DNA of 64,000 nucleotides from Octopus vulgaris (taxonomy: Eukaryota), in assembly GCA_951406725.2 (NCBI GenBank), contig OX597829.1, positions 27,590,001 to 27,654,000 on the forward strand, in the 5' to 3' direction. The position numbers and the translations under genes are program-made. The number at the start of each line of letters is the position of its first letter. The stretch's first letter is position 1. Positions 38,407 through 51,177 of this stretch are shown here, in pieces. Under the pieces are notes generated by a model that was given only the letters and a program-made list of their open reading frames with translations, was not told the origin of the DNA and made no database searches.

Positions 38407-39240
38407 TTTTTTTAGATATTTATATATATAGTCAAAGAATCGCTTATCAATATTTTTTATTATTTTTTTTTGTTCGCAAAAGTGTAAGACTACGGAACAA
38501 TTTAGTTATGAAGAATATTTTTCTTGCCTTACTGGCATGTAAAATACCTCTCTTTCAAATAAGCTATTGATTACAAATATTAATTTTTGTCAAAATATTA
38601 GCTCTCGGTTTGACCAAACGCTAAGTTTCTTAGCAAAGAGAGGATATTGATAGATTGAACTGACTTCCATTTGTTGTGGCTGGTAACGATGGAATCTTTG
38701 TGTGGTTGCTCAAGCTGCTAGATATAACAAGTAAATCTCCCTTAACACTTTGCTTTCTATTTTGGGAGCCACCAGTGATTCCTAAAGGTGATGTTTCTTT
38801 TAAGGAACCTCACGTTAGTGGTTCAGACTAGATTATTTAAATTTTACGAAATGTATACAGTATATTTTCCTTTGTATTTCTCTGATGGTTTTCAATTCAA
38901 ATCAATAGAAACCGAGGTGGGACCTGGTTAAAAAAAAGCAGGATAAATAAATGTGTGTCTGTGTTAAAAGAGAGACACAGAGAGCGTGAGAGAGAACTAC
39001 TACGTATAACAACAGCCAGCCAATCAACCAACCAACCAACCAAACACACAAGCAAACAAACAAATTGTGTAGTTATCAAATTAAAACGTTTATTTTCAGA
39101 ACATTACTATTGATGGTGTCGCAAGCTTCAACAGCAGTTCTTTTCCCAAATATACTATCTCTAAAATAAATTGATAAGTGTTGGTGGTGGTAATAGTAGT
39201 AGCCATTTTGAGATGTGTGTGAGAAAGAAAGAGAGTGTGT

Positions 39241-39419
39241 GTGATAGATCGCTAGCCACTACACATTCTTTATTTTCTCTCCTTGTTTCTTTCTGTGGAA
39301 GAGCGTAGGCTCGAAACGTTAAAGACTTTTTCACTTCCCAAGCGTTATGCTAATACATCTGTTTGTTGTCTACACCACCTGTCTTCGTCTTTTGTTTTTG
39401 GGGTTTTTTTGTGAATTAT

Positions 39420-39423
<4 letters not shown>
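39241..39423 (+). mobile_element. Short Penelope-like terminal fragment with hammerhead-like motif
   Basis: TCTTT-CTGTGGA-A-GAGC-GTAG-GCTC-GAA-ACGT-T-AAAGA at ~39288-39325; ends in (TA)n. Confidence 0.65.
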
Positions 39424-39488
<65 letters not shown>

Positions 39489-40073
39489 TCATATCCCTTT
39501 TACAACATTTCTACCACTGTGGTCGGTAAAATAAATTTTAGACGATATGATCAACCAGATATACTCTTGAAAGCCGTACCCCCAGCATGTCCTTAGTTGT
39601 ATCGATTGAAACCGATTAAAGAACAGATTTAGTTTATTATTCGTTTCTAATAAACTAAGCAGATGAAATAGTTCTGTTTTAAATTTATTTTAGAATCGTT
39701 AGAGTGTCGGTATTTAGTACGTTTTTCTTTTTTTACGTTCTGATTTCAAATCCTGCTGAGCTCAACTTTGCTTTTCATCCCTCTGGAGTCGATAAAATTG
39801 ATGCACCAGTTGTGAAAATAATCGATAACCTATCTCACCCCTCTGTTGCTGGCCTTGTGCCTGAATTTGAAACCATTATTATTAAAAGACATTTGTGCAA
39901 GTGGGACTGCACAAGTAACCACGTAGTTGCAAAGCGATCTTCTTAACCAACTACACAGTCATAAATGCGCCTATGATTGTGTATAATACTTAAAATGTTG
40001 GCATAGAAAAGCAAACAATATGGTCTTTGAAACCATCTATGATTGTTACAGTACGACTACATTGTTAAAGCTT

Positions 40074-40302
40074 TAACCGTTTAGCAGTTATAACCAGCCA
40101 TGTCCGGCCAAAACGTTCTCTCTGTTTCATGTTCAAACAGACCAGATCTGACCCCTCACACCAACCCTACAATATTATCGTTCTGAAAATTAAGTTAGCT
40201 CATCAAAATATCAAAGCTGCAAAATAGTGCATGATTCATTCAAAATGTTGTGGAATAAAATAGGCATTATATTTGACAGAAATCTGAATGCTGAAATGTT
40301 AA
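40074..40302. mobile_element. piggyBac-like MITE remnant
   Basis: TTAA-CCGTTTAGCA ... TGCTGAAATG-TTAA; relative near 2898. Confidence 0.5.
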
Positions 40303-40812
40303 CAAAATGCATAAAACGTTATACTACGTTCGTTCCCTTGCAAGGAAAAATTGGATATGAAGTTGAGCCTAGAGCCTCTGTGAATGACACTGTAGTTGCT
40401 CCATTGAGCTGTAGATTCAATTATAAAAGTATAAGTATAGACGTGGTTGTGGTGTCAAATTCGCTTCATAACCGCGCGGTTTCGAGTTCAGTGTCATCAG
40501 TGTGGATGGTATCTTGGGCAACTGTCTTTTCGGGTTCACAAATACTTTGAAAGACATTTGGTAGAAGGAAACTATTCATAACCATGTTGTATATATCTAT
40601 GCGAGTGCACGCCCATACACACATTCTTGTATTTATTTAAGTTTACATAGGTAAAAAAAAATGGTATTGTTGTTTCTTTCTTGTAATTTATTGTTACGCA
40701 AGAAGAAAATGATAAAATATTGGTGTCAGTATAATCGACTAAACTCCTGAAGGTTGGTATTCGTCCAACATCCAATAATTGAATGAATGACTAAAACCAG
40801 AGAAACACGAAG

Positions 40813-41190
40813 GGCAGGCATTGCTGTGTGATAAGAAGCTTGCTTCCCAACTACATGGTTCTGGGTTCAGTCCCACTGAGTGACTCCTTGAGCAAGTGTC
40901 TCTGCTAGAGCTTCGAGCCGACCAAAACCTTATGAGTGGATCTGGTAGATGGAAACGGAAAGAAGCCTGTTGTGTGTGTGTGTGTCTTTGTGTCTGGGTT
41001 TGTCCCTCCACCACCGTTTGACAACCGCTGTTGGTATGTTTACGTCCCTGTAACTTAGCTGTTCGGCAAAGTATACCGATAGAATAAGTATTAGGCCTAA
41101 AAAATTAGTCCTGGGATCGATTTGTCCGACTAAAAACCTTTCAAGGCGATGCACCAGTATGGCCGAGGTCAAATGACCAAAAAAAGTAAA
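40813..41190 (+). mobile_element. SINE family A
   Basis: Consensus match. Confidence 0.8.
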
Positions 41191-41643
41191 AGTTATATAT
41201 ATATATATATATATATATTGAAAAAGACTTTTGTTACTCTTTGGCGTTGATTTTTGCAAAAAAAAAACGTAAATGTAAACTGAAGATTAAAACTGACTTG
41301 CTGACGTAATTAGTAAGAATTCATTACACAGTAAGTCACTGTGTTTCAGTTATTTTCAATAAAAGTGCAAAGAAACTTTGCTAAAGCTACAAATCCCTTT
41401 TAGAAAGAACCCCATGTAGTTTTTTTTTTCTTTTCTTTTCTGTCTTAACTTTCTATCAATATTGCTTTCTTGAAAATTTCTCACTTTTAGGATTCCTTCT
41501 TTCCCTCAATTTTAAAGATTGGAATCGTTGCTCGTTATGTTGTTCAGCCCCGGATCGGCTCTGGTTAAACAAACTTGTGCTAACTCTAGTCTTCCTCTAT
41601 AATTCCATTCACATCTAGAGTGCATATATATATATTCTCCCCC

Positions 41644-41705
<62 letters not shown>

Positions 41706-41786
41706 ATGTCTGTATGTGTGTGTGTATCGTTGGCGATTTTCTTTCTCCGTCTTTACTTCTTTGGACTTTTTCTCTTTTTTTTCTAT

Positions 41787-41821
41787 ATTTCTGACGAAGA
41801 GCTCCGCTCGAAACGTTAAAT
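41787..41821 (+). ncRNA. Minimal type I hammerhead ribozyme motif in a PLE-like fragment (~41729-41925)
   Basis: ATTT-CTGACGA-A-GAGC-TCC-GCTC-GAA-ACGT-T-AAAT; palindromic ACGT stem III (dimer type). Confidence 0.6.
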
Positions 41822-41916
41822 CCTCCTTTGTTTCCTTTCCTGAGCGTCTAATAACACTATACTTACTCCACGTCCTCGCGTTGTTGTGTTTTCTCTTTGT
41901 TCATGTTTGGATTAAC

Positions 41917-41980
<64 letters not shown>

Positions 41981-41983
<3 letters not shown>

Positions 41984-43340
41984 ACCAACAAATTGTTTCG
42001 GCTTGTATATATTTTTTTCTGATATACATAATCACAGTTCCATTATATATATAATCACTCCAGGGTCCTTAGTTCAGAAAGACGAAATTCCGTGTGAAAG
42101 GACGGCTGGATTGTAAAAATTAATTCAAATGTTTTTTGTTGTGAGCGTTAACAATGGACGATACAATCAAGTGCAATCCACAACCATCGAAACTCACTCA
42201 TTATATCTCAAACACATATCAGTCGAATCCCTTTTATGTCCAAGACAGTTTCTCATTATCACAACATACATCAATAATATATGTGTGTCTATAAATATAT
42301 ATAATTAAGTATCTAAGTTTTCTCCTACGTGTAACTGCGACAAAAAATATATAAACGATTACATCTTCAATACAACAACTCTTTTATCTATTTTAATTAG
42401 TTGGTATTAAAAAAATTATTGTTTAAATTAACTAATAATAATCTTCTATATTAATATCTACTACGGAATCATCCCTCCGAAAAAATCTTTATATATAAAA
42501 GAGAAGTTGTGTGTCTGTCTCCTACGATTTAGATTCCTAACTACTCCCACATTTTGCGGTGCAGTTTAACCAAAACCGGGTATCTTATAGTCGTGATTCA
42601 TATCGAGCCCTTCTGGGTATTAGCGCGCGTCTACGATGAGTCTACGATTTAAAAAAAATTTACCGTAATTTTTTTCCATTTTAATGCATTTTTTCGCTAT
42701 TATATAAGGGAAGTAACTCTCTAAAAATGTCTACGATGAGTCAACGATTTAAAAAAATTTACCATCATTTGTTTTCCATTTTTAATGCATTTTTTTTGCT
42801 ATTTTTTGGCTATAACTCTCTAAAAATGCTTATATAGTTATTTCCCTTACAAATCTGAGCAACGCCGGGCGATACTGCTAGTAATAAATATAGAAGATTA
42901 TAATTAGTTAATTTAAACAATATTTTCTTTTTATCCCAACTAATTTGAATGGATAAGAATTGTACTGAAGATATAATTGTTTATATGTATTTTTGGTGCG
43001 GTTATACGTAGGAGAAGACTTATTGTATGTTGTGAAGACGAAAGACTGTCTTGGACATGAAAGAGTCTCGGTGGTTGTGGATAGTACTTGCTTGATTGTA
43101 TCGTCCGTTGGGGGCGTTTTTGTTGCTTTTGATTGTAACTGATGTAAGATTGAACAGCTATCGCTCACGCTCATAACACAGACATTTGAATTAATTTTTA
43201 TAATCCAGCCGTCCTTTCACACGGAATTCCGTCTTACTAAACCAAGGACCCTGAACTGACTATATATATATATATAATGGGAATTGTGATTATGTATATC
43301 ATATAAAATATATATAAGTCGAAATGATTTGTTGGCCTTT
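41981..43340. repeat. Long diverged inverted repeat (~470-bp arms), PLE-like, with a Helitron in the loop
   Basis: 41981-42452 aligns by eye to the reverse complement of ~42885-43340. Confidence 0.8.
42486..42881 (+). mobile_element. Non-autonomous Helitron
   Basis: A|TCTTTATATATAAAA ... GAGCAACGCCGGGCGATACTGCTAG|T. Confidence 0.9.
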
Positions 43341-43575
43341 TATGGTTTTTATAATCATTTATATAATATTATGTTATGTTATATATTATATTCATAGTAT
43401 TTAATGTAATAATTGTATATATAAATAAATTATCGAATTGTCAATAGAATTTTTCTGTATTTAATTTTATTTATCTTTATAACTATTCCAATATTTATAT
43501 GATATCCAAATGACGTACCAGTGAATTGGATGTTTAACACACTCCTTTGAAGGATTTCTTTTCCTCAGTTTGTTA

Positions 43576-43622
<47 letters not shown>

Positions 43623-43718
43623 CCTGTTAGCTGATGAGATTTGAATAAGCTCAATATGGATTGTACAGAATGGTAGTCGAATGAATATGAACGTAAATTT
43701 CAACTTCTTCGTCTAGGG

Positions 43719-44063
43719 CAGTGGTCCTAAACGAGGCTCCATATGAGGGTGGATCCATATAAGTTCTTTGGGGATTCACGCAAGCAAAATAGTAAATTGG
43801 GGGCCACAGTTGTGTATTAAAGGTCCATGAGAAAATGTTTCTTTGGCTGTATTTATTGCAAGAAGCAGCTTGGCTTCTTTGTATGATGTTTTCCATAGTT
43901 CAACCTAAGCAAGTGAATGTATGGAAACCAAAATAGGAATTTCGAAAGAAGTATCTATAAGATTAACTTTTAAACTTCAAGGGGCGATAAAAGGTCCACC
44001 CGGGTAAAATAGTAATCAAAGGGGTCCATAGATAAAAAAAAAAAAAATGGTTGAGTACCACTG
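43719..44063. mobile_element. hAT MITE
   Basis: CAGTGGTCCTAAAC / GTTGAGTACCACTG TIRs; flanks GTCTAGGG and GTGCTAGG; related to 11637. Confidence 0.7.
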
Positions 44064-44207
44064 GTGCTAGGGAAAGGCTCACGCCATCGAGAGTGATTAT
44101 AACAAAAGCCTAAATCGAACGATAGAAGTGGTATAGTAGATAAACACAATAAGGTTTAATTAATATATTTTACATGGAGCAGAAAATGTAGATTATAAGA
44201 TAAAGAA

Positions 44208-44497
44208 ATAGGAGTGTGTGTGTGGTAAGTAGCTTGCTTACCAACCACATGGTTCCGGGTTCAGTCCCACTGCGTGGCACTTTGGGCAAGTGTCTTCTAC
44301 TATAGTGGATTTGGTAGACGGAAACTGAAAGAAGCCCGTCGTGTATATATATATATATATATGTATATGTGTGTGTATGTTTGTCCCCCAACATGGCTTG
44401 ACAACCGATGCTGGTGCGTTTACGTCCCCGTCGATTTGCTTGACTAAAGGCGGTGCTCCAGCATGGCCACAGTCAAATGGCCGAAATAAGTAAAAGA

Positions 44498-44498
<1 letters not shown>
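44208..44498 (+). mobile_element. SINE family A with internal deletions
   Basis: Well-preserved head and tail. Confidence 0.8.
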
Positions 44499-44553
<55 letters not shown>

Positions 44554-46230
44554 GGAATATGTAATAAGCAACTAAGTGATGAATATTATATGTATTATAA
44601 TTAACATATTTACACACACAATCGATAGGACAGTTACTCCAGTATTTATCCTGAGGTAATATCTCGTATGGAATTGCAGTGCTAAAAACACAATAGACAC
44701 GAGAGAGAGAGAAGAGACGAAAATTTATCCCAGCAGCGGCCAACGGGAGTGCCAATCGTATTCCGGTTTTTTGAGCCTTTCCAATGGCGCTTTCTCTCTC
44801 ACTGCCAGCCACATGCTCGGACGAGAAATCGTCATCTCTGATATTAGAAAACGGGAATAAAACGTTTCTTGATGTTGCGGATGATGAAAAATATATCCGA
44901 GAGCAGGAGACTTAGTTTATCATATTTCTCGTTATAAACCTCCGTTTTATTCTATTCTCGGAGATATTCTAAGTTATTCAACTGTGTATAATACCAAAAG
45001 AAAATCGCAGGACAAATTTTGTTTAAATATATTATTTGGAATTTGGATAAACAGGAATTTTCATGGACTTCTAATCACAGTACCGGGCCAATTATCCGGT
45101 AAGTTTGGGACCGGAAATATCCCAGGTTTCTGAACTTTCTGGTTTCCTAGAGACAGTCTAAATATATACATAAAATATAAAATAAATTATAAGAAGTAAA
45201 CAGCGAAGTTGTGTTTAACAGATTCAAATTGATACACTTCTAAAGCAGTATCTCCTTGATAATTATCAATCCACTGATAATTCTTATATCATACTGTACC
45301 ATGTATATTGGATGAAAACAAAAGAGCATGACTTTATTTAACAGCTAGAGGTACAACTTAATGAATTCTAAAGTATGTTTAATCCTTATCACTCCATTTG
45401 AAAAATAAGGAACGAAACTTTTTAACCAACTTCAGAAATAGGATATGTTTACTCAAAACACTTCCTAGATTTCTGGAAGCTAGGTAAGGGTTCATGTACT
45501 GTTTTGCAATTTTCCGATGGCGGCATGGATTTCCACCTCGGCATCCTCGCTAAGATAAATATTTCAATCACCTGAAGATTGACTGTAACTCGAATTTTTT
45601 ACGAATTGGACAGCCATGAAACGATCGTAGTGTTATACTCATTATCTTTTTTTAATAATTTTGATACATATTTAAAATAATATAAATTAATTAATCTTAT
45701 GTATTGGCTTAAATTTTTCATTGTATGATTTGCCTAATAGTGGTTTTATCTCTAATTTAATTTAATATAATATATATATCGTGTATCCACCTATCTATCG
45801 GGTGTTGATATACAGTGCTGGTCACTACAGTTGTCACTTCTTTCTTAGTTGTGCCATTCTTTTTTTATCTTGGGGCCCAAATCATTAAACTAAATCGTTT
45901 GCCCATCGATGTGAATATAATATATATGGGAGGATGATATCAGTTAGTGTATATAGTAAATGAGATTCTATTGTTTAAATACGCATCTAATGTAGTAAGT
46001 AAATTCCTCTTCCACTTCCATGAAAATTTACGGGAATAATTTTTACGTATGTCCTTTTGTCGTTTTGTTTCTTTCGTCTTGGTTTTTCGTTTTATTCTTT
46101 CTTTTCACTTTGTTGCAATGTCTTAATTTGTATAATTTTGTTGAATAATAAACATCAGATATCTATCTATTATAAGTCCTTTCCCCTATAGGTGTCAAAC
46201 CTGAAATTTTTTAGAGGAGGGTCTAATCGG

Positions 46231-46650
46231 TTGTCCTACGAAGAAAGGCTGAGGACGCTCGACCTTTATTCTCTTGAAAAACGCCGCCGCCGTGGTGATC
46301 TCATTCTCGCCCACAACATCATAAGCGGAAAGTGTAACCTCTCGAAAGAGCTGTTCTTCACTCCTGCTCCAGAGCGTCGGCTGCGGGGTCATTCCGAAAA
46401 GCTCTACCTGCGACGATTTCATCTCAATCGAAGGAGAGGAGCTTTCTCCGTCCGGGTTGCGGATCCGTGGAACAAGCTGCCAGACGAGATGGTGAAGATG
46501 CCGACGACCGCTTTGTTCAAAGCCTCCCTGGACCTCAAGTGGCCTGAACTCTTTACATGAACACCACCCTGTACTTAACTCCATGTCCCCCTACATGGCC
46601 TTGCTATTTGCTTTTGAGCCAAATTAACTAACTAACTAACTAACTAACTA
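46231..46650 (+). mobile_element. Young 5'-truncated CR1-type LINE (ORF2 C-terminus, 3' UTR, (TAAC)n tail) inserted in a SINE
   Basis: Uninterrupted LSYEERLRTLDLYSLEKRRRRGDLI...RGHS.KL...FSVRV..WNKLP...FKASLD (stop 46558-46560); SINE B halves on both sides. Confidence 0.9.
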
Positions 46651-47299
46651 TCAATCCAAGTGTTCAATTGGTACTTATTCCATCAACTCCAGCAGAATTT
46701 GAACTCAGAACGTAGAGACGGACGAAATGCAGTGAATCATTTCATTCGGCATGCTAACGATTCTGATAGCTCGCCGCCTGATATATAATAATAATGGCAT
46801 TTAATAACACACTTTTAAGCATACTAGCGCTTATCTGTTCATCATTAGTTTGCTTACTCACGATAGCCACGTTTATTTTTATACTTAACTGGGTTAATTT
46901 TCTTTCACTTTCAATTCCTCAAATTTATGCCCTTGAAGCGAAAGACCTCCGATAGCAGCTCTAAATTTCTACTTTACTTTAAACGAAATTTAACTATTAG
47001 GTGAATATAGGATTTGTTAAACGGGTTATTTTTGCCCACCCAAGAAGTACATATTCTGATTCAGGATTTGTACAGTGCTTTTCTTTTCTTTTCTCTGTTT
47101 CTTTTTTCAGTAATAATCTTGAAAAAAATCTGATTTCGAGAAGAAAAATTTTGAAATAGGGCTATTTTGTGAGAAAATTATAATTCGTTTCTTTCTACCT
47201 CTTTGGATTTAATGATGTGTATTGTATATTTTATTCATTACTGTGTTGTTAATGGAATTGTCTACTTCAGAAGACTGTGTCTGGTTTTGGTATTTTATT

Positions 47300-47490
47300 T
47301 TTACTTGTTTCAGTCAACGGACAGCGGCCATGCTGGGGCACCGCTTTGTAAGGTTTAAATGAACGAATCAGTTCCAGTACTCGGTTTCTTTTAAATCTGG
47401 TACTTATTCTATCGGTGTCTTTTGCTGAAACGCAAGTTATGGGAACGTAAACATAACACCTATAGTCAAGCAGTGATGGGGTGCAAAGAG

Positions 47491-47530
<40 letters not shown>

Positions 47531-47662
47531 GCGCGCGCGCATTTAATCCTCTGATCGCCCGGGGCTATACTAGAAGACACCCAAGATGCCACGCAGTAGG
47601 ACCGGACTATAAGCCACATGGTTGCAAAGCCAACTTCTTAGTCATAGCCATGCTTGCACCTA
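47300..47662 (-). mobile_element. SINE family A
   Basis: Reverse-complement match; central (CT)n. Confidence 0.7.
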
Positions 47663-48084
47663 TAAATCCTTTAAAATGTTTTAGCCCGAAGGCCGCGGCC
47701 ACGCTGGGGCACCACCATCAGTTCGTAAATAAATGAAATGACGTTTGTTTTGTTTTGTAATTATTGTTATTATTCTTTGAACTTAATATAATAATGTTTT
47801 TGAAACAGTTTTTTAAATTTCCTCTTTGTTTTTATTATGGTAGAACTGCAAACTACTGAACTCGTATTACTGAACAAAATAGAGTTGAGGTGGTTGTTTA
47901 GTTTTTTAAAATGTCTCCAATATGCAAATGGAGCGAAAAAGATTCTGTTCAGAGCCAGTGTTTTAATAGCTTCACTCTAGTGCTCTAAATATAAATAAAT
48001 ACATTTGCTAACAAAGCATGGGTGTGGCGTGTAAAATTGGTTAGTTACTTTCATTTTAAATGCCTTCTGTATCTTCGCTGTTCG

Positions 48085-48655
48085 TGAGCGAGTTGGCAGA
48101 ATCGTAAGCGCCCCAGAAAAATTGCTTTGAGACATTTTTATCCAGCTCTTTACGTGCTAAGCATAAATTTCATCGAGGTCATCCTTTTGGGGTCGATAAA
48201 ATAAAGCCAAGTATTGGGAGTCTATGTAATCATCTAACCCTCTTTCACTAGCATTGTGCTTCCGGCTCTTTACGTTCTGAGTTCAAATTCCGTCGTGGTC
48301 AATTTTTGCCTTTCATTCTTTCGAGATTGGAGCTCAACGTAATCGAATAACTCCCCACTCCTCAAAATTGCTGCCCTTATGCGAAAAAAATTGAGGAGGA
48401 GGAGACCCCCCTTCGGTCATGAATGGCCATGGGATTGCCCCTAGAAAGTTACCTTCCAAGGCACAAATCAGGGCAAGATTGTTTGTGGAAGGCTAGCAGT
48501 CGCCCATGCATACCAGCCTCCCTTCTTCATACCACTGATGTTATCCAAGGGAAAGGCAAAAGCTGATACAGCTTGGCACCAGTAATTTCGCAGTTCATTT
48601 CTACAGCTGAGTGAACTGGATCAACGTGAAGTCTCGCTCAAGAACAGAACACGCA
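48085..48655. mobile_element. Cluster of degraded SINEs (family B on +; another CORE-like SINE on - at ~48399-48655)
   Basis: B-box and Nin-like motifs; minus strand CTTGAGCGAGAC..CCAGTTCACTCAGCTGTAGAAATG. Confidence 0.55.
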
Positions 48656-49289
48656 AGCTTTATGTCAAAATTTGATGGCATTATTTTTCATATGATTTTG
48701 TATGCCTACATATGTAGCTATATCATAGAAGTACGGTAGAGCCTTTTATGTGTAATATGGAAAATGGAAAAACTTACAAGTAAGCGAGATTATCGATGTC
48801 AGGGTTTGTTCTCGTGCTTTTTTCGTCCAGCGGACCTGTTCCTCATGTGTCGGCAATGCTGGCATAGTATCCTTTGTGAAAAATTAAAATGGATACCATA
48901 AAACAATATATAATTTGTTACTATTATTGGGAGACAGGACATCTAACATCAAATTTGACGAATGGTTAAAAAAACTAGACCGATAGAATAAGTGCCAGAC
49001 AACAACAACAACAAAAAAAAGCCCGGGATATCTTGGGTCGATTTGTCCCACTGAACACTTCAAGGCAGTGCTCCAGTATGGCAGCACTTCAATGGCTAAG
49101 ACAACTGTATGTATGTGTGATAAGTATTTAGAAATAATTCGCTTTTTACAGTTAGAAGCGAATTATATATTATATATATGCATATATATATACACACATA
49201 TACATATGTATATATATATATATATGTATGTATGTGTGTGTGTGTGTGAATATATGTTGTATTTAGGAATGGTCATTTTGCCAGTTTAG

Positions 49290-49334
<45 letters not shown>

Positions 49335-49372
49335 GATCAAAATAAAAACATGATGCGAAGGATTCAGCGGTA

Positions 49373-49491
49373 CTTCTTCAGTCGCGCACAACAGCTTCCA
49401 CAAGGACATGTGTTACATCAAAAATTCTTGGTTGGGGATTCTTTGATGTAACACATGTCCTTGTGGAAGCTGTTGTGCGCGACTGAAGAAG
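49373..49491. repeat. Perfect 50-bp inverted repeat between (TA)n tracts
   Basis: 49373-49422 is the reverse complement of 49442-49491; outer ends carry CTGAAGAAG. Confidence 0.9.
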
Positions 49492-49497
49492 GCCACA

Positions 49498-49542
<45 letters not shown>

Positions 49543-49690
49543 GAGTGTATTTTACCTTGTTAACAATTAACACAGATAAATAAGATTGCATTGTTTATAC
49601 CTTTTATTCTTTTGAATAGTATCAGTGGAATTTTCGAAACATATGTAGAAAGTAAAAATACTTGTTTAAACCTGCGTTAACTCCATTTTT

Positions 49691-49737
<47 letters not shown>

Positions 49738-49760
49738 AATGAGCGCGTATGTATATGCGC

Positions 49761-49813
<53 letters not shown>

Positions 49814-50206
49814 TATCTGTAATGTATATATATGCGTCTAAGTACGAACACAAAAAGGAATTTTCGTCTAAGTATTAACTTCCATTTCCTTTTCTTTCTC
49901 TTAACAGTTACAACACCGAAAGCTCATTACGTCATTTTCTCTAAACTAAAATGTATACTTTCCACGTTCATATTTAAATTTTTTTTTTTTTTGCGTTTCA
50001 ATAATTTTTCTCTGATTTTACTCATTCTCGAATTTGATGGACATATAGCGGTACGTAAGCCGATTCATGAAATCTTTAGTGAGACTTTTTATTGATGTAC
50101 CTGATCTACACCCAGAACGGGTCGAAACACGTGTTTGTACCCAATAAAGACTATTACATATTCCATCTCCTATTTTATTAATACTGTTACCCCAACCGCC
50201 ACTACG

Positions 50207-50208
<2 letters not shown>

Positions 50209-50274
<66 letters not shown>

Positions 50275-50559
50275 GGGTATATATATGTATGCATATATAT
50301 ATATACATATATATATGTATGCATATATATATATATCCATATATATATATATATGCATATATATATATGTATGTATATATATATGTATGTATATATATAT
50401 ATGCATATATATATACATATATATATATGTATATATATATGCATATGTATATATATGCATATATATATGTATATATACATATATATATATATGCATATAT
50501 ATATACATATATATATATATGATATATATATGTATATATATGCATATGTATATATATGC

Positions 50560-50608
<49 letters not shown>

Positions 50609-50627
50609 TATATATATATGCATATAT

Positions 50628-50676
<49 letters not shown>

Positions 50677-50680
50677 TATA

Positions 50681-50718
<38 letters not shown>

Positions 50719-50749
50719 TATATATACATGTATATATATATATATATGC

Positions 50750-50818
<69 letters not shown>

Positions 50819-50832
50819 TATATATATGCATA
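50209..50832. repeat. Compound (TA)n microsatellite with TGCA/TGTA/TACA interruptions
   Basis: About 620 bp, directly visible; a second tract at 51255-51480. Confidence 0.95.
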
Positions 50833-51177
50833 TATATAATATAATTCGAGACAAAACCACTATTTTAAAACCAAACAAGGAAAGACTTAATCAATACATA
50901 AAATTTTAATATAAATTAAATAAACCGCCACTACAAATGTTTCATGTCTGCTACCGACAATCTTCAGGTGGATTTTCGATCTTCTAATCAGTATCAAATT
51001 TTGAAGTGAAATTTGATACTGATTAGAAGATCGAAAATCCACCTGAAGATTGTCGGTAGCAGACATGAAACATTTGTAGTGGCGGTTTATTTAATTTATA
51101 TTAAAATTTTATGTATTGATTAAGTCTTTCCTTGTTTGGTTTTAAAATAGTGGTTTTGTCTCGAATTATATTATATA
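50833..51177. repeat. Perfect palindrome, 169-bp arms, 7-nt loop (inverted PLE-like terminus)
   Basis: 50833-51001 is the reverse complement of 51009-51177; the right copy continues ~75 bp into (TA)n. Confidence 0.95.
51039..51082 (+). ncRNA. Type I hammerhead ribozyme (mirror copy on the minus strand at 50928-50971)
   Basis: CCAC-CTGAAGA-T-TGTC-GGTAGCA-GACA-T-GAA-ACA-TT-TGT-A-GTGG: stems I, II and III plus intact core; predicted cleavage after GUA (51078). Confidence 0.75.

Noticed and set aside
46195-46584. 129-aa minus-strand ORF
   Set aside because: Antisense shadow of the GC-rich CR1 fragment
50018-50909. YI-repeat ORFs up to 286 aa
   Set aside because: Translation of (TA)n microsatellite on both strands
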